A stretch of 64,000 nt of DNA, from NCBI RefSeq assembly GCF_013004595.1, contig NZ_JABEMC010000003.1, positions 124,001 through 188,000 of the forward strand, in the 5' to 3' direction. This DNA is from Brevibacterium luteolum. GTDB lineage: Bacteria; Actinomycetota; Actinomycetes; Actinomycetales; Brevibacteriaceae. Below are positions 31,544-40,831 of the stretch, in pieces (within the stretch, counting starts at the first letter, position 1; each line of letters begins with the position of its first letter). The notes below the pieces were generated by a model, which was given only the letters and a program-made list of their open reading frames with translations, ran no database searches and was not told the DNA's origin. Made by a program: the position numbers and the translations under genes.

Positions 31544-32647
31544 TCAGGCCTGGACTGCGTGCTTATCGTTCATCAACCGGTGGGCGAGATCGAGCAGCTG
31601 CTGGGCTGAGCGCTCCCAGCTGAACGTCTCTGCCTGCCTGCGTCCTGCCTGGGCGGCGTCCTGCCAGCGTTTCGCATCGGCGAACCGGAGCACGGCAGCG
31701 GCCATCGCCTCGGGATCGTGCGGGTCGAAGAACTCCGCGACCCCGTCGGCGAGCTCATGAAAGACCGGAATGTCTGACAGGGCGACAGGAACTCCGCGGC
31801 TCATCGCCTCGACGACCGGCAGACCGAAGCCCTCATCGAAGGACGGCATGACGAGCGCGGTCGCCCGGTCGAGCAGCTGCTGATAGTCCGCATCGCTGAT
31901 CCCGCGGTGGAAGACCACCCGAGCGCAGTCCGGGGTGAGGCTGCGCAGCCGCGCCTCGATCTGCGGGGTGATCCCACTGGCCAGGTGCAGCGTCCAGCCC
32001 GGCAGCCAGTGCAGCGACTGGACGAGCGTGTCGACGTTCTTATACGGCAGGAACGAACCCATGTAGACGAGCGTGCGCGCATCATGGCCACTGCTGCGCT
32101 GCGGCAGCTCGGCCGGCGGGGTGGCGGCATTGCGGATGACGGTGATCGGGCGGCTGGTGAAGTCATGCTCGGCCAGCAGCCGGGCGGTCGTCTCCGAGAC
32201 CGCAGCGACCGCGTCAGCACGGTCGAGCAACAGCCGCTGCGGCCAATGCGCCTTGTGATACAGCCGCCACAGCCCCCGCACCGGGGCCGGCAGGTCACGC
32301 GGCGGCAGCGGGTGCGAGTAGTAGATGAGATCGTGGATCGTGAGGATGAGCTTGTAGTCACGCGGCCAGGAGCCCATCACCTGCATGGGGGAGAAGACGA
32401 CATCGGCGCCGAGCCGGTTGAGCTTCGTGCCGATCCACAGTTCCGCAGGCGACAGCGGAGAATTCAGCTTCACCGACTCGACCTCGGGCAGCATAGCCAG
32501 CTGCCGGTCGTCGTGGATGATCGCGGTGACCTCGACGTCGGTGCCTGAGGTGAGCTCGAGCAGGGAGGTGAGCAGGGAGGCGCCGTACCGGGAGATCCCG
32601 TCATGATGGGTCATGCGGGTGAACCGGGCATCGAAGAAGAGTCGCAT
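31544..32647 (-). CDS. Glycosyltransferase family 4 (GT-B)
   Basis: DARF...DGISRY, TIHDLI, PSFDEGFGLPVVEAM, SDIPVFHE, FSW. TAGGCT 7 nt before ATG 32647 suggests a leaderless mRNA. Confidence 0.92.
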   Translation of the reverse strand: MRLFFDARFTRMTHHDGISRYGASLLTSLLELTSGTDVEVTAIIHDDRQLAMLPEVESVKLNSPLSPAELWIGTKLNRLGADVVFSPMQVMGSWPRDYKLILTIHDLIYYSHPLPPRDLPAPVRGLWRLYHKAHWPQRLLLDRADAVAAVSETTARLLAEHDFTSRPITVIRNAATPPAELPQRSSGHDARTLVYMGSFLPYKNVDTLVQSLHWLPGWTLHLASGITPQIEARLRSLTPDCARVVFHRGISDADYQQLLDRATALVMPSFDEGFGLPVVEAMSRGVPVALSDIPVFHELADGVAEFFDPHDPEAMAAAVLRFADAKRWQDAAQAGRRQAETFSWERSAQQLLDLAHRLMNDKHAVQA

Positions 32648-32755
32648 CGCCACCAGCCTAGGACACGGCTACCGGTGATCTGCGGTCAGTTGCAGGGTCA
32701 TCACAGGTTCTCAGCGTTTTGGCCAGCTTCGTTCAGTGTCGATATTATGTTGCGT

Positions 32756-32851
32756 ATGTTCCAAGCGACTCCCGCACCCGTGCCAGCAGCCGCATTCCGA
32801 GCTCTTCAACCTGAGAGCGCCATCACGGGTGGACGGGTGGAACATCCATGA
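32756..32851 (+). other. Candidate leaderless uORF (31 aa) / structured leader of the mrp operon
   Basis: TATTAT at 32743-32748 lies 7 nt before the ATG; the TGA overlaps the mrpA ATG; nested inverted repeats span the whole segment. Confidence 0.45.
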
Positions 32852-35800
32852 CAGGACTTGTGACCCTGGCCCTGCTGGCCGGTCTTGTCGCTCTGACCCC
32901 GGTCATCACCGCTCTCTTCGGCCGGGCCTCCGGCTGGCTCATCGGTGCCGCCTACGTCGCAGCCGCCATCGCCTTCATCCCGGCCACCCAGGCAGTTCTC
33001 GCCGGTGACACACCGGAATGGGCGCTGCCGTGGATGCCGGCCTTCAACGTCGAGCTCGCCTTCCGCATCGACGGCATCGGCGTGGTCTTCACCCACATTG
33101 CGCTGCTCATCGGCGCGGCCGTGCTCTTCTACTCGACACACTATCTCGATAAGGGCCGCAACCTCAGCTTCTACTGGCTGATGGTCGCCTTCACCTTCTC
33201 GATGGTCGCTCTTGTGCTGACCAACGACCTCGTCGTCCTGTTCATCGCCTGGGAGCTGACGTCCCTGGCGTCCTTCATGCTCATCGCCCGGTCCGGCTCT
33301 TCCGGGGAAGCGCCGTCGTTCCGCACACTGCTCATCACCTTCATCGGCGGTGTGCTGCTGCTTGTCGCCGTCGGGTTCATCATCGCCTTCACCGGCACCA
33401 CGAACATCTTCACCGCCCTGACCGACCCGTTCTGGGCAGCCAACCCGGCTGCCACCACGGCAGTGGCACTGCTCGTGGCGATCGCAGCGATGACGAAATC
33501 CGCACAGTTTCCGTTCCACACCTGGCTGCCCGATGCGATGGCCGCCGCTACCCCCGTCAGCGCGTACCTGCACGCCGCGGCCGTCGTCAAAGCCGGCATC
33601 TTCCTGCTCATCCGCTTCAGCCCGGCCTTCCACACCACCCCGGCCTGGAACGGCCTGCTCATCACCGCTGGCCTCATCACCACGGCACTCGGCGGCTGGT
33701 TCGCCCTCAACCAGGCGGACCTGAAGAAGCTCATGGCCTACTCGACGGTCAGCCAGCTGGGCCTCATCGTCGCTGCAATCGGCGTCGGCAGCGAACTGGC
33801 CCTGGCCGCGGCTGTCTTCCACGTCATCGCCCACGCGCTGTTCAAGTCCGGGCTGTTCATGATGGTCGGCGTCGTCGACCACATGGGCCACACCCGCATG
33901 TTCGGCCGTATTCCACAGCTGTTTCGGGTGGCCCCGATCTCGTTCGCCGTCACCGTCATCGGCACTGCCTCGATGGCCGGCATCCCGCCGCTGCTGGGCT
34001 TCGCGTCGAAGGAGACGGTGTTCATGGCGCTGCGTGAGACTCCGGGTGCTGCCGCGCTCGGCTGGCTCGCCCTCATCGCCGGTGCTGCCGCCTCGGTGCT
34101 GACGTTCGCCTACTGCGCCAAGATCGTCTTCGGCAGCTTCGTCGACGGGCCCGAGGTGCCGGTCGAGAAGCTCGGCCACGAGGACAAGGTGATGCTCACC
34201 TTCGCGGCCCTGCCGATCCTTGCGTCCGTGCCGCTGGCGTTCATGCTGCCGACACTGGAGAAGCTCGTCGTCCCGGCCGCTGCGGCAGCGCTGCCGGGCA
34301 CCGACCCGCACCCGCACCTGGCCCTATGGCATGGCATCAGCCCCGAGCTCATCGCCTCCGCCCTCATCATCGTCGCCGGCACCGTCATCATCCTCATCCG
34401 CCAGCGCGCCTGGGAGTTCTTCACCGCCGCAACCCTGCCGTTCAACGGCGCCGATGTCATCGACCTCATCACCCGGTTCCTCGGCCGGCTCGGCGCCCGG
34501 GCCACCCGTCTCATCGGCGATGAGCGCGGCGCCCCGCATACCGCAGCACTCATCGGGTTCATGACAGTTGTCTCGATCGGCGGCTTGGCCACTGTGCTGG
34601 CCGGCCACGAGCTGCCGGCCGCTCAGGCGAACCTGTCGCGCCCGATCGACTTCGTGCTGCTGGGACTCATCGGGTTCTCCGTCATCGCCGTGTGCTTCTC
34701 CCGCTCCCGCATGACCGCCACCGTCGCGCTGTCGGCCGTCGGCATCCTCGCGACCATCCAGATCATGGCAATCGGCGCACCCGACGTCACACTCACCCAG
34801 CTGCTCGTCGAGGCGATGACGATCATCGTCATCATGCTCGTGCTGCAGAAGCTGCCGCGCACCTTCTGGAAGTACCCCAAGCGCATGCAGATCCGCCGCG
34901 GTGTGCTCGCCATCCTCGCCGGCATCGGCGTCGGCGGCATGACATGGGCGATGGCCGGCCGGCGCGAACGCTCCGACATCGCGATGTGGTACCTGAATGA
35001 GGCCCCGGAGATCTCCGGGGGCAACAACATCGTCAACGTCATCCTCGTCGAGTTCCGTGCACTCGACACCCTCGGCGAACTCACCGTGCTCGGCATGGCC
35101 GGCATCGCCATCGTCGCCGTCATGTCGACGGTGCGCGACAAGTACATCGACCCGCCGGCCTCCGAGGTTCCCGAGATGCCGCGCCGGCCGTGGATCGTGC
35201 TGCGTCCGCGCGGCTCCATGGCCCACCGTGCCGTGTCCCTGGCATGGCCGAACGTCGTGGCCATGCAGCTCATGATCCGCCTCGTCGGCCCGATCCTGGC
35301 GATCACCTCGGCGCTCATCTTCTGGCGCGGGCACAACGAGCCCGGCGGCGGCTTCATCGCAGCGCTCGTCGGCTCGGCGATCGTCGGACTGCTGTACATG
35401 TCGACGTCGAAGGACCGGGCGATCGGACCGCCGCGCGCCCCGCTGTTCCTCATCGGCGGCGGCGTGCTCGTCGCCCTGCTCACCGGCATCGTCGGACTCA
35501 TCTTCGCCGGGTCGTTCCTCGAGCCGATCCACGGCTACATCCTCGGCGAGCACTTCTCGACCTCGCTCATCTTCGACGTCGGCGTCTACATGGCGGTCGT
35601 CGGACTCATCCTCGTGTCGTTCAACCTGCTCGGCACCTCGGACTCGGCCTTCACCCCGGCCGGTGACGATGTCCTCTACCTCGGTGAGATGCACCGCGAC
35701 GTCGTCGATCACGAGCGCACCCGAGAACGCACCGACGAGATGGTCCACGGTGAGCTCGCCGGCCCGATGGAGAACATGCGAGGCGAACCGCCCACAGCCG

Positions 35801-35895
35801 AGGACTACTTCAGAGAAGACAGCGACCACACCCGATTGTCGACATCATCGAGGCACATCGGATCAGGAACCCAGATGAAGGAGCGTGGAGAATGA
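32848..35895 (+). CDS. mrpA: Multisubunit Na+/H+ antiporter subunit A (MrpA-MrpB fusion)
   Basis: WELTSLASF, KSAQFPFHTWLPDAMAAATPVSAYLHAA, LMAYSTVSQLG, HALFK, APDVTLTQ, EFRALDTLGE, GHNEPGGGF. Confidence 0.95.
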   Translation: MTGLVTLALLAGLVALTPVITALFGRASGWLIGAAYVAAAIAFIPATQAVLAGDTPEWALPWMPAFNVELAFRIDGIGVVFTHIALLIGAAVLFYSTHYLDKGRNLSFYWLMVAFTFSMVALVLTNDLVVLFIAWELTSLASFMLIARSGSSGEAPSFRTLLITFIGGVLLLVAVGFIIAFTGTTNIFTALTDPFWAANPAATTAVALLVAIAAMTKSAQFPFHTWLPDAMAAATPVSAYLHAAAVVKAGIFLLIRFSPAFHTTPAWNGLLITAGLITTALGGWFALNQADLKKLMAYSTVSQLGLIVAAIGVGSELALAAAVFHVIAHALFKSGLFMMVGVVDHMGHTRMFGRIPQLFRVAPISFAVTVIGTASMAGIPPLLGFASKETVFMALRETPGAAALGWLALIAGAAASVLTFAYCAKIVFGSFVDGPEVPVEKLGHEDKVMLTFAALPILASVPLAFMLPTLEKLVVPAAAAALPGTDPHPHLALWHGISPELIASALIIVAGTVIILIRQRAWEFFTAATLPFNGADVIDLITRFLGRLGARATRLIGDERGAPHTAALIGFMTVVSIGGLATVLAGHELPAAQANLSRPIDFVLLGLIGFSVIAVCFSRSRMTATVALSAVGILATIQIMAIGAPDVTLTQLLVEAMTIIVIMLVLQKLPRTFWKYPKRMQIRRGVLAILAGIGVGGMTWAMAGRRERSDIAMWYLNEAPEISGGNNIVNVILVEFRALDTLGELTVLGMAGIAIVAVMSTVRDKYIDPPASEVPEMPRRPWIVLRPRGSMAHRAVSLAWPNVVAMQLMIRLVGPILAITSALIFWRGHNEPGGGFIAALVGSAIVGLLYMSTSKDRAIGPPRAPLFLIGGGVLVALLTGIVGLIFAGSFLEPIHGYILGEHFSTSLIFDVGVYMAVVGLILVSFNLLGTSDSAFTPAGDDVLYLGEMHRDVVDHERTRERTDEMVHGELAGPMENMRGEPPTAEDYFREDSDHTRLSTSSRHIGSGTQMKERGE

Positions 35896-36224
35896 TCCTG
35901 GCAGTCACAGTCGGCGTTCTCACCGCAGGCGGGGTGTACCTGCTGCTGCAGCGCTCCATGGTGCGTGCCGTCTTCGGTCTCACGCTCATCTCCCATGCCG
36001 CGAATTTCGCGCTGCTGGCCTCCGGCGTGCCCGCCTGGCGCGGTGAGCCGCTGGCCGACCGCACCGACATCGCGGTCGCAGCCGATCCGCTGCCGCAGGC
36101 CTTCGTGCTCACCGCCATCGTCATCACCCTTGCGGTGACGATCTTCATGCTCGCGATGGCCGTGCTCGGACACGATGACGACCAGTACCGCACACCGGAG
36201 ACAGGGGAGGCCCACCAGCAGTGA
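35892..36224 (+). CDS. mrpC: Na+/H+ antiporter subunit C
   Basis: GVYLLLQRS, DPLPQAFVLTAIVI. Confidence 0.93.
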   Translation: MILAVTVGVLTAGGVYLLLQRSMVRAVFGLTLISHAANFALLASGVPAWRGEPLADRTDIAVAADPLPQAFVLTAIVITLAVTIFMLAMAVLGHDDDQYRTPETGEAHQQ

Positions 36225-37741
36225 ATCCCGCTCTTCTGCTCCTCATCATCGCCGTGCCGCTGTTCGCCTCGGCGATGACCGTCATCATCCGCTCGCGCGT
36301 CTTCGAACGCGCCCTGCTGCTCGCCGTTCCGGTCTTCGTCTTCGTCTTCGGCATCGTGCTGCTCGTCTACCACCAGCAGGTGCCGGTCATCGCCCACTCG
36401 GTCGGCGGATACGAAGACGGCCTGGCGATTCCGTTCGTGTCCGACACGTTCACCGCGCTCATGCTCACCGTCACCTCGCTGGCGGCGTTCGTGTGCTGCC
36501 TGTTCCTCATCACCACCGGTGAGGACCAGTACCGGTTCGTGCCCTCGCTGGTGCTCATGATGCTCTCCGGCGTCTACGGTGCCTTCCTCACCGGCGATCT
36601 GTTCAACCTCTTCGTCTTCATCGAGGTCATGGTGCTGCCGTCCTACGCGCTCATCGCCGTGACCGGCACCTGGCGGCGCCTGGGTGTGGGGCGGATGTTC
36701 GTCATCGTCAACCTGCTCATCTCGACGATCCTCGTCATCGGCGTCGGCTTCGTCTACGGTGCTGCAGGCACTGTCAACATCGCCGGCATCGCAGCGATCG
36801 GCCATGTCAGCCCGCAGCTGTCGCTGGCGGTCGGCTTCCTGCTCGTGGCCTTTCTCGGCAAGGCCGGCGCGGCTCCCATGCACGGCTGGCTCATCCGCTC
36901 GTATCCGAACACCTCGGCGGGCATGATGGCGCTGTTCTCCGCCCTGCACACGAAAGTCGGCCTCTACGCCGTCTACCGTGTCTACACCGCAGTCTTCGGC
37001 CAGCCGGCCCCGTGGGCGTGGGTGCTCGTCGCGCTTGTCGTCCTCACGATCCTGCTCTCGGTGATCTCCGCGTTCGGCGAGCACCGGGCCCGCAACGTGC
37101 TGGCGTTCACGATGTCCAACGGCGTCGGCCACATCCTCATCGGTGTCGCCCTCATGACCGCCGCGGCACTGTCGGCGGGCATGTACTACCTCATCCACCA
37201 CATCATCACGATGGCCGGGCTGCTGCTCGTGCTCGGCGCCGTTGAGCAGACCTACGGCACCGGCGCGTTCAAGAAGCTCTCGGGCCTGGCCCGGCGGGAG
37301 AAGTTCGCCACGGTGCTCATGGTGCTCGGGCTCTTCAGCATCATCGGCCTGCCACCCACCTCGGGCCTGTGGGGCAAGGTCGGGCTGATCCTCGCCTCGG
37401 CATCGGCAGACCGGCCCGGCTCCTGGATCATCATCGCCGCGATCGTCATCGGCTCGATCATCGGGCTCATGGCCCTGCAGCGGATGTGGTCGAACACGTT
37501 CTGGGGCAAGGACATGACGACCTACCACCCGGACTCCAAGCAGACCGGACGCGCCCCAGCCACGGAGCTGACCGACGATGTGCGCATCCCGAACCGGTTG
37601 CTCATGCCCGGCGCGATCATGATCGCCGTCTCGGTGTTCCTGTTCTTCGGCGCCCAGCTCGTCATCCCGTTCACACAGCACGCCGCCGAGAGCCTGCTCA
37701 ACATCACCCCCTACCTGGAGGCGGTGCTCGGACATGTTTAA
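36221..37741 (+). CDS. mrpD: Na+/H+ antiporter subunit D
   Basis: GAFLTGDLFNLFVFIEVM, KAGAAPMHGW, GLPPTSGLWGK. Confidence 0.93.
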   Translation: MNPALLLLIIAVPLFASAMTVIIRSRVFERALLLAVPVFVFVFGIVLLVYHQQVPVIAHSVGGYEDGLAIPFVSDTFTALMLTVTSLAAFVCCLFLITTGEDQYRFVPSLVLMMLSGVYGAFLTGDLFNLFVFIEVMVLPSYALIAVTGTWRRLGVGRMFVIVNLLISTILVIGVGFVYGAAGTVNIAGIAAIGHVSPQLSLAVGFLLVAFLGKAGAAPMHGWLIRSYPNTSAGMMALFSALHTKVGLYAVYRVYTAVFGQPAPWAWVLVALVVLTILLSVISAFGEHRARNVLAFTMSNGVGHILIGVALMTAAALSAGMYYLIHHIITMAGLLLVLGAVEQTYGTGAFKKLSGLARREKFATVLMVLGLFSIIGLPPTSGLWGKVGLILASASADRPGSWIIIAAIVIGSIIGLMALQRMWSNTFWGKDMTTYHPDSKQTGRAPATELTDDVRIPNRLLMPGAIMIAVSVFLFFGAQLVIPFTQHAAESLLNITPYLEAVLGHV

Positions 37742-38120
37742 TCCCATCAGCGCGGTCGGATACTCCGCGTGGATCCTCAAGGAAGTCGTCGCCGGCAGCG
37801 TCGAGGTCATCACCCACATCTTCCAGTCCGGCGGCTACGGCCACCCGATGATCGTCGAACTGCCGCTGCGCTGCGTGACCGATGTCGAGGTCACCCTCAT
37901 GGCCTCGTCGATCACCATCACTCCGGGCACCCTCGTCGTCGCCGTCGGCGCCGGGGACGAGCGCCGCCCGCCGACCCTGTTCGTCCACGTCCTCTTCGCC
38001 GACAGCGAGGACGAAGCACTCGAAGGGCTGCGCGACATGGAGAGCCGACTGCTCAAGGTCACCCGCGGGCGCGCACCCGGTGACATCCGCGAGGGCACGA
38101 AGTCGGGTGATGTGCGATGA
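37734..38120 (+). CDS. mrpE: Na+/H+ antiporter subunit E
   Basis: MASSITITPGT, LFVH; operon position. Confidence 0.9.
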   Translation: MFNPISAVGYSAWILKEVVAGSVEVITHIFQSGGYGHPMIVELPLRCVTDVEVTLMASSITITPGTLVVAVGAGDERRPPTLFVHVLFADSEDEALEGLRDMESRLLKVTRGRAPGDIREGTKSGDVR

Positions 38121-38377
38121 CCGTCGTCATCTGGATCTGCATCGCCCTGCTGGCTGCCAGCATCGTCATCGGACTGGTGCGTGCGCTCACCGCTATCGAT
38201 ATGGGTTCGCGAGCCATCATCGGCGACCTCGTGTACTTCGCAGCCATCGGTATCCTCACCTGCATCGCGATGCTCGTGAACCTGTCGATCATCCTCGACG
38301 TCATCTTCCTGTCCTCGCTGCTCGGCATCCTCGCCACGGTGGCGCTGGCCCGCATCCAGACAAGGGGGCACCGATGA
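38117..38377 (+). CDS. mrpF: Na+/H+ antiporter subunit F
   Basis: 86 aa, 3 TM, RAIIGD, LATVALAR; operon position. Confidence 0.88.
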   Translation: MTVVIWICIALLAASIVIGLVRALTAIDMGSRAIIGDLVYFAAIGILTCIAMLVNLSIILDVIFLSSLLGILATVALARIQTRGHR

Positions 38378-38754
38378 TCCCGGACACCCTGGCCGCCGTG
38401 TTCGTCGGGATCTTCGGGATCACCGGCAGCCTGCTCATGTTCTTCTCCGTCATCGCGATGTTCCGTGCCAAGGACGCCCTGGCCCGCATCAGTGTTTTCT
38501 CACCGGCCACCGGCCTCGGCATGCCGCTCATCCTGGCCGCCGCCTACATCTACACGCTGTGGCAGGACGGCTTCAGCCTCATGCGCCTGCTGATGGCCCT
38601 CGTCGCGTTCGTCTCGCTGCTGCTGGTGTCCTCGGTCGCCTCGAACACCCTCTCGCGGGCGACCTTCATGGGCGGCTCACCGGTATGGCGCAAGACGCAC
38701 CCGAACCGGCTGGCCGAGCCGCGCCACCCTGAAGACGACGCCGGCTTCGACTGA
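38374..38754 (+). CDS. mrpG: Na+/H+ antiporter subunit G
   Basis: ATG overlaps the mrpF stop; MFRAKDALARI, ATGLG, 3 TM. Confidence 0.88.
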   Translation: MIPDTLAAVFVGIFGITGSLLMFFSVIAMFRAKDALARISVFSPATGLGMPLILAAAYIYTLWQDGFSLMRLLMALVAFVSLLLVSSVASNTLSRATFMGGSPVWRKTHPNRLAEPRHPEDDAGFD

Positions 38755-38758
38755 GTGG

Positions 38759-39679
38759 TCAGTCCTCGATCGCGTCGATGATCCCTGCGATCTGCTCCGG
38801 GCGCTCATAGTGCGTCAGGTGCCCGACGCGATCGAACACCACGAGCTCGGCATCCGGCAGCGAATCAGCGAACGCCGCGGTCGCTGCCAACGGCGCGATC
38901 TCGTCATCCCGCCCGGCGACCACGGTAACCGGCATCTTCAACGCGCCTGCCGCCTCGGTGACGGTATGCCGGATCGAGACGTCGAAGGCCTCAGCCAGCG
39001 AGCTGCGGTCGGCAAACGTCGAGAAGTGCTGACGATGCTGGTCATGGATGAACGCCCGCAGCCCCGGATCGCAGGTTGCGGCCATCATCTCGCTCATGAG
39101 CCTGACGATAACCCGGTTGCGCAGCAGGGCGCTGCCGGCCCGTTCTGGCAGCTGCGATCCGGCCCAGTAGTAGGCTCGAGCGGCCTGCGTCATGATCCGG
39201 TTCGTGCCCGCGAGCGCGGGGGAGACGATGGGGTTGAGCAGGATGAGCGGTGCCGTCGCCGAGGCTGGGGGCGCCTGGGCATCGTCGGTGCGGCTGACCG
39301 TGCGGGCGGCCCAGTGCGCGGTGAGGATCGATCCGAAGGAATGGCCAATGACCATTGGGGGAGCACCGGCTGCCGACGTCACCACGGTGACGAGTCCGTC
39401 GATGAAGTCGAGGTAGCTCTCCAAAGTCAGCCCGCCAGCCAGCGGCCGAGTCTGGCCGAACCCGGGCAGATCAGGCACATAGGCGTCGCGGGCGCGCAGA
39501 TGATGGGCGATGAACGACAGACCGTGATGATCACCGCGGAAGCCGTGGATGAGCAGCACCGGACGGCGGCTGACGCTGCCGGAAGCGTTGCGGGCTGGGT
39601 AGTGCCACAGCGCTGTTGCGTGCGTGCCGTCGCCGAAGGGCACGGCGATATCGCTGCGGGAGCTGTTCATGAAGTCCAT
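38759..39679 (-). CDS. Alpha/beta hydrolase
   Basis: IHGFRGDHHG, PDLPGFG, GHSFG nucleophile elbow, GRDD, GHLTHYE. Confidence 0.92.
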   Translation of the reverse strand: MDFMNSSRSDIAVPFGDGTHATALWHYPARNASGSVSRRPVLLIHGFRGDHHGLSFIAHHLRARDAYVPDLPGFGQTRPLAGGLTLESYLDFIDGLVTVVTSAAGAPPMVIGHSFGSILTAHWAARTVSRTDDAQAPPASATAPLILLNPIVSPALAGTNRIMTQAARAYYWAGSQLPERAGSALLRNRVIVRLMSEMMAATCDPGLRAFIHDQHRQHFSTFADRSSLAEAFDVSIRHTVTEAAGALKMPVTVVAGRDDEIAPLAATAAFADSLPDAELVVFDRVGHLTHYERPEQIAGIIDAIED

Positions 39680-39844
39680 CGAGTGTGAGTCTAGCGCCGG
39701 GCAATGGCCGCTGTGAGCAGAGCCCGGCACGCCCTTTCGAGCCGGCCGGTCGCAACGTCGCGCAGCTCACACCTGAAGGATTTTGCAATTCGGGCGCGGG
39801 TGAGTAACATCGGTACAGGCGTTCGCGAGAACACCAACCCACAC

Positions 39845-39917
39845 GGGGGTATGGCGCAGTTGGTAGCGCGTCTCCATGGCATGGAGAAGGTCAGGGGTTC
39901 GAATCCCCTTACCTCCA
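39845..39917 (+). tRNA. tRNA-Ala (anticodon GGC), CCA not encoded
   Basis: Acceptor GGGGGTA/TACCTCC with G3:U70, D arm GCGC-AGTTGGTA-GCGC, anticodon arm TCTCC-ATGGCAT-GGAGA, T arm AGGGG-TTCGAAT-CCCCT. Confidence 0.97.
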
Positions 39918-39928
39918 CGTTCTGAAAT

Positions 39929-39963
39929 CTCGGACACTGCACACGCGGTGGCCGAGTTTTTTT
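39929..39963 (+). terminator. Intrinsic terminator after tRNA-Ala
   Basis: CTCGG.CACTGC-acac-GCGGTG.CCGAG followed by T7. Confidence 0.8.
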
Positions 39964-39980
39964 ATTGTGCAGTTGCCGCC

Positions 39981-40009
39981 TTGAGTACGACGTGTACAAG
40001 TTGTACTAT
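39981..40009 (+). promoter_or_regulatory. TA operon promoter with overlapping operator palindrome
   Basis: TTGAGT-17 bp-TACTAT, 6 nt before the ATG. GTACAA-G-TTGTAC palindrome at 39994-40006. Confidence 0.7.
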
Positions 40010-40015
40010 TAGATC

Positions 40016-40261
40016 ATGACGTCAGTTACTTTGTCGCAGTTCCGCAGCCGTCAGAGCGATTACATCGCCGAAGCTCAGCGCACCCCGGTCGAACTCACCT
40101 CGCGTGGGGTTGGTCGACGCGCCGTCGTCGTGTCGCCGGAATTCTTCGACCGAGCAATCGAGGCTCTGGAGGCTGCGGTCGATGCTCGAGAGGCAGTCGC
40201 TGCCCGCGATGAGGCTGGTCGGATCTCCCATGAGGAGCTGCTGCGCGAACTTGGTCTTTGA
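40016..40261 (+). CDS. Type II antitoxin, Phd/YefM family
   Basis: MTSVTLSQFRSRQSDYI..AQRTPVELTSRG..RAVVVS; C-terminus ISHEELLRELGL; lies upstream of relE. Confidence 0.85.
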   Translation: MTSVTLSQFRSRQSDYIAEAQRTPVELTSRGVGRRAVVVSPEFFDRAIEALEAAVDAREAVAARDEAGRISHEELLRELGL

Positions 40262-40270
40262 GTTTGGTCG

Positions 40271-40546
40271 ATGCCCTATTCCATTACCTACGCACGGTCT
40301 GCCGCAAGGACCCTGAAGAAGCTCGACGCGTCAGTTGCGCGGTGTCTGCTCACGGCAATCGGCGAACTGGCGGGAGATCCTCGTCCTCCCGGCTGTAAGA
40401 CTCTGAAGAACAGCGGCGGCGCGTTGCGCATACGAGTCGGGGACTACCGGGTGGTCTATGACGTCCACGATTCAGAAGTCGTGATCCTCGTTCTCGCGGT
40501 CGGCCACCGTCGGGACGTTTACCGGTCATCACTTCAGCGTAGGTAG
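40271..40546 (+). CDS. Type II toxin, RelE/ParE family
   Basis: YSITYARSAARTLKKLD, DPRPPGCKTL, RIRVGDYRVVY, VGHRRDVY. Confidence 0.92.
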   Translation: MPYSITYARSAARTLKKLDASVARCLLTAIGELAGDPRPPGCKTLKNSGGALRIRVGDYRVVYDVHDSEVVILVLAVGHRRDVYRSSLQRR

Positions 40547-40831
40547 ATGCGCGCCCGGCTGACTTGAGACGGTGACAGGTGGGCACTGTCCTCGTATCGG
40601 GCACCTCGGCTTGTGCGCGGCATAGCTCACCGGATCGGCGCGTGCGCACTGCGTGCCAGCCGCTTTGCCGCGTTAAGAAAATTTGCTCACCCTGGAGCAC
40701 TACTCGCTGAAAGCTCAAAGGAGCTGGCCGAACGGTACACAGTGCTCTTTCTGCAGTACAGGGTTCAAGGGAGCCGTGTGATGAGCAAAAACACTCTGTC
40801 GCGACCACCGCCGGACACGTAAGCTGAGACC

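Noticed and set aside
40547..40822. 69-aa ORF at 40613-40822 and antisense ORF at 40350-41231
   Set aside because: Atypical codons, no RBS or motif; more likely a degraded spacer.
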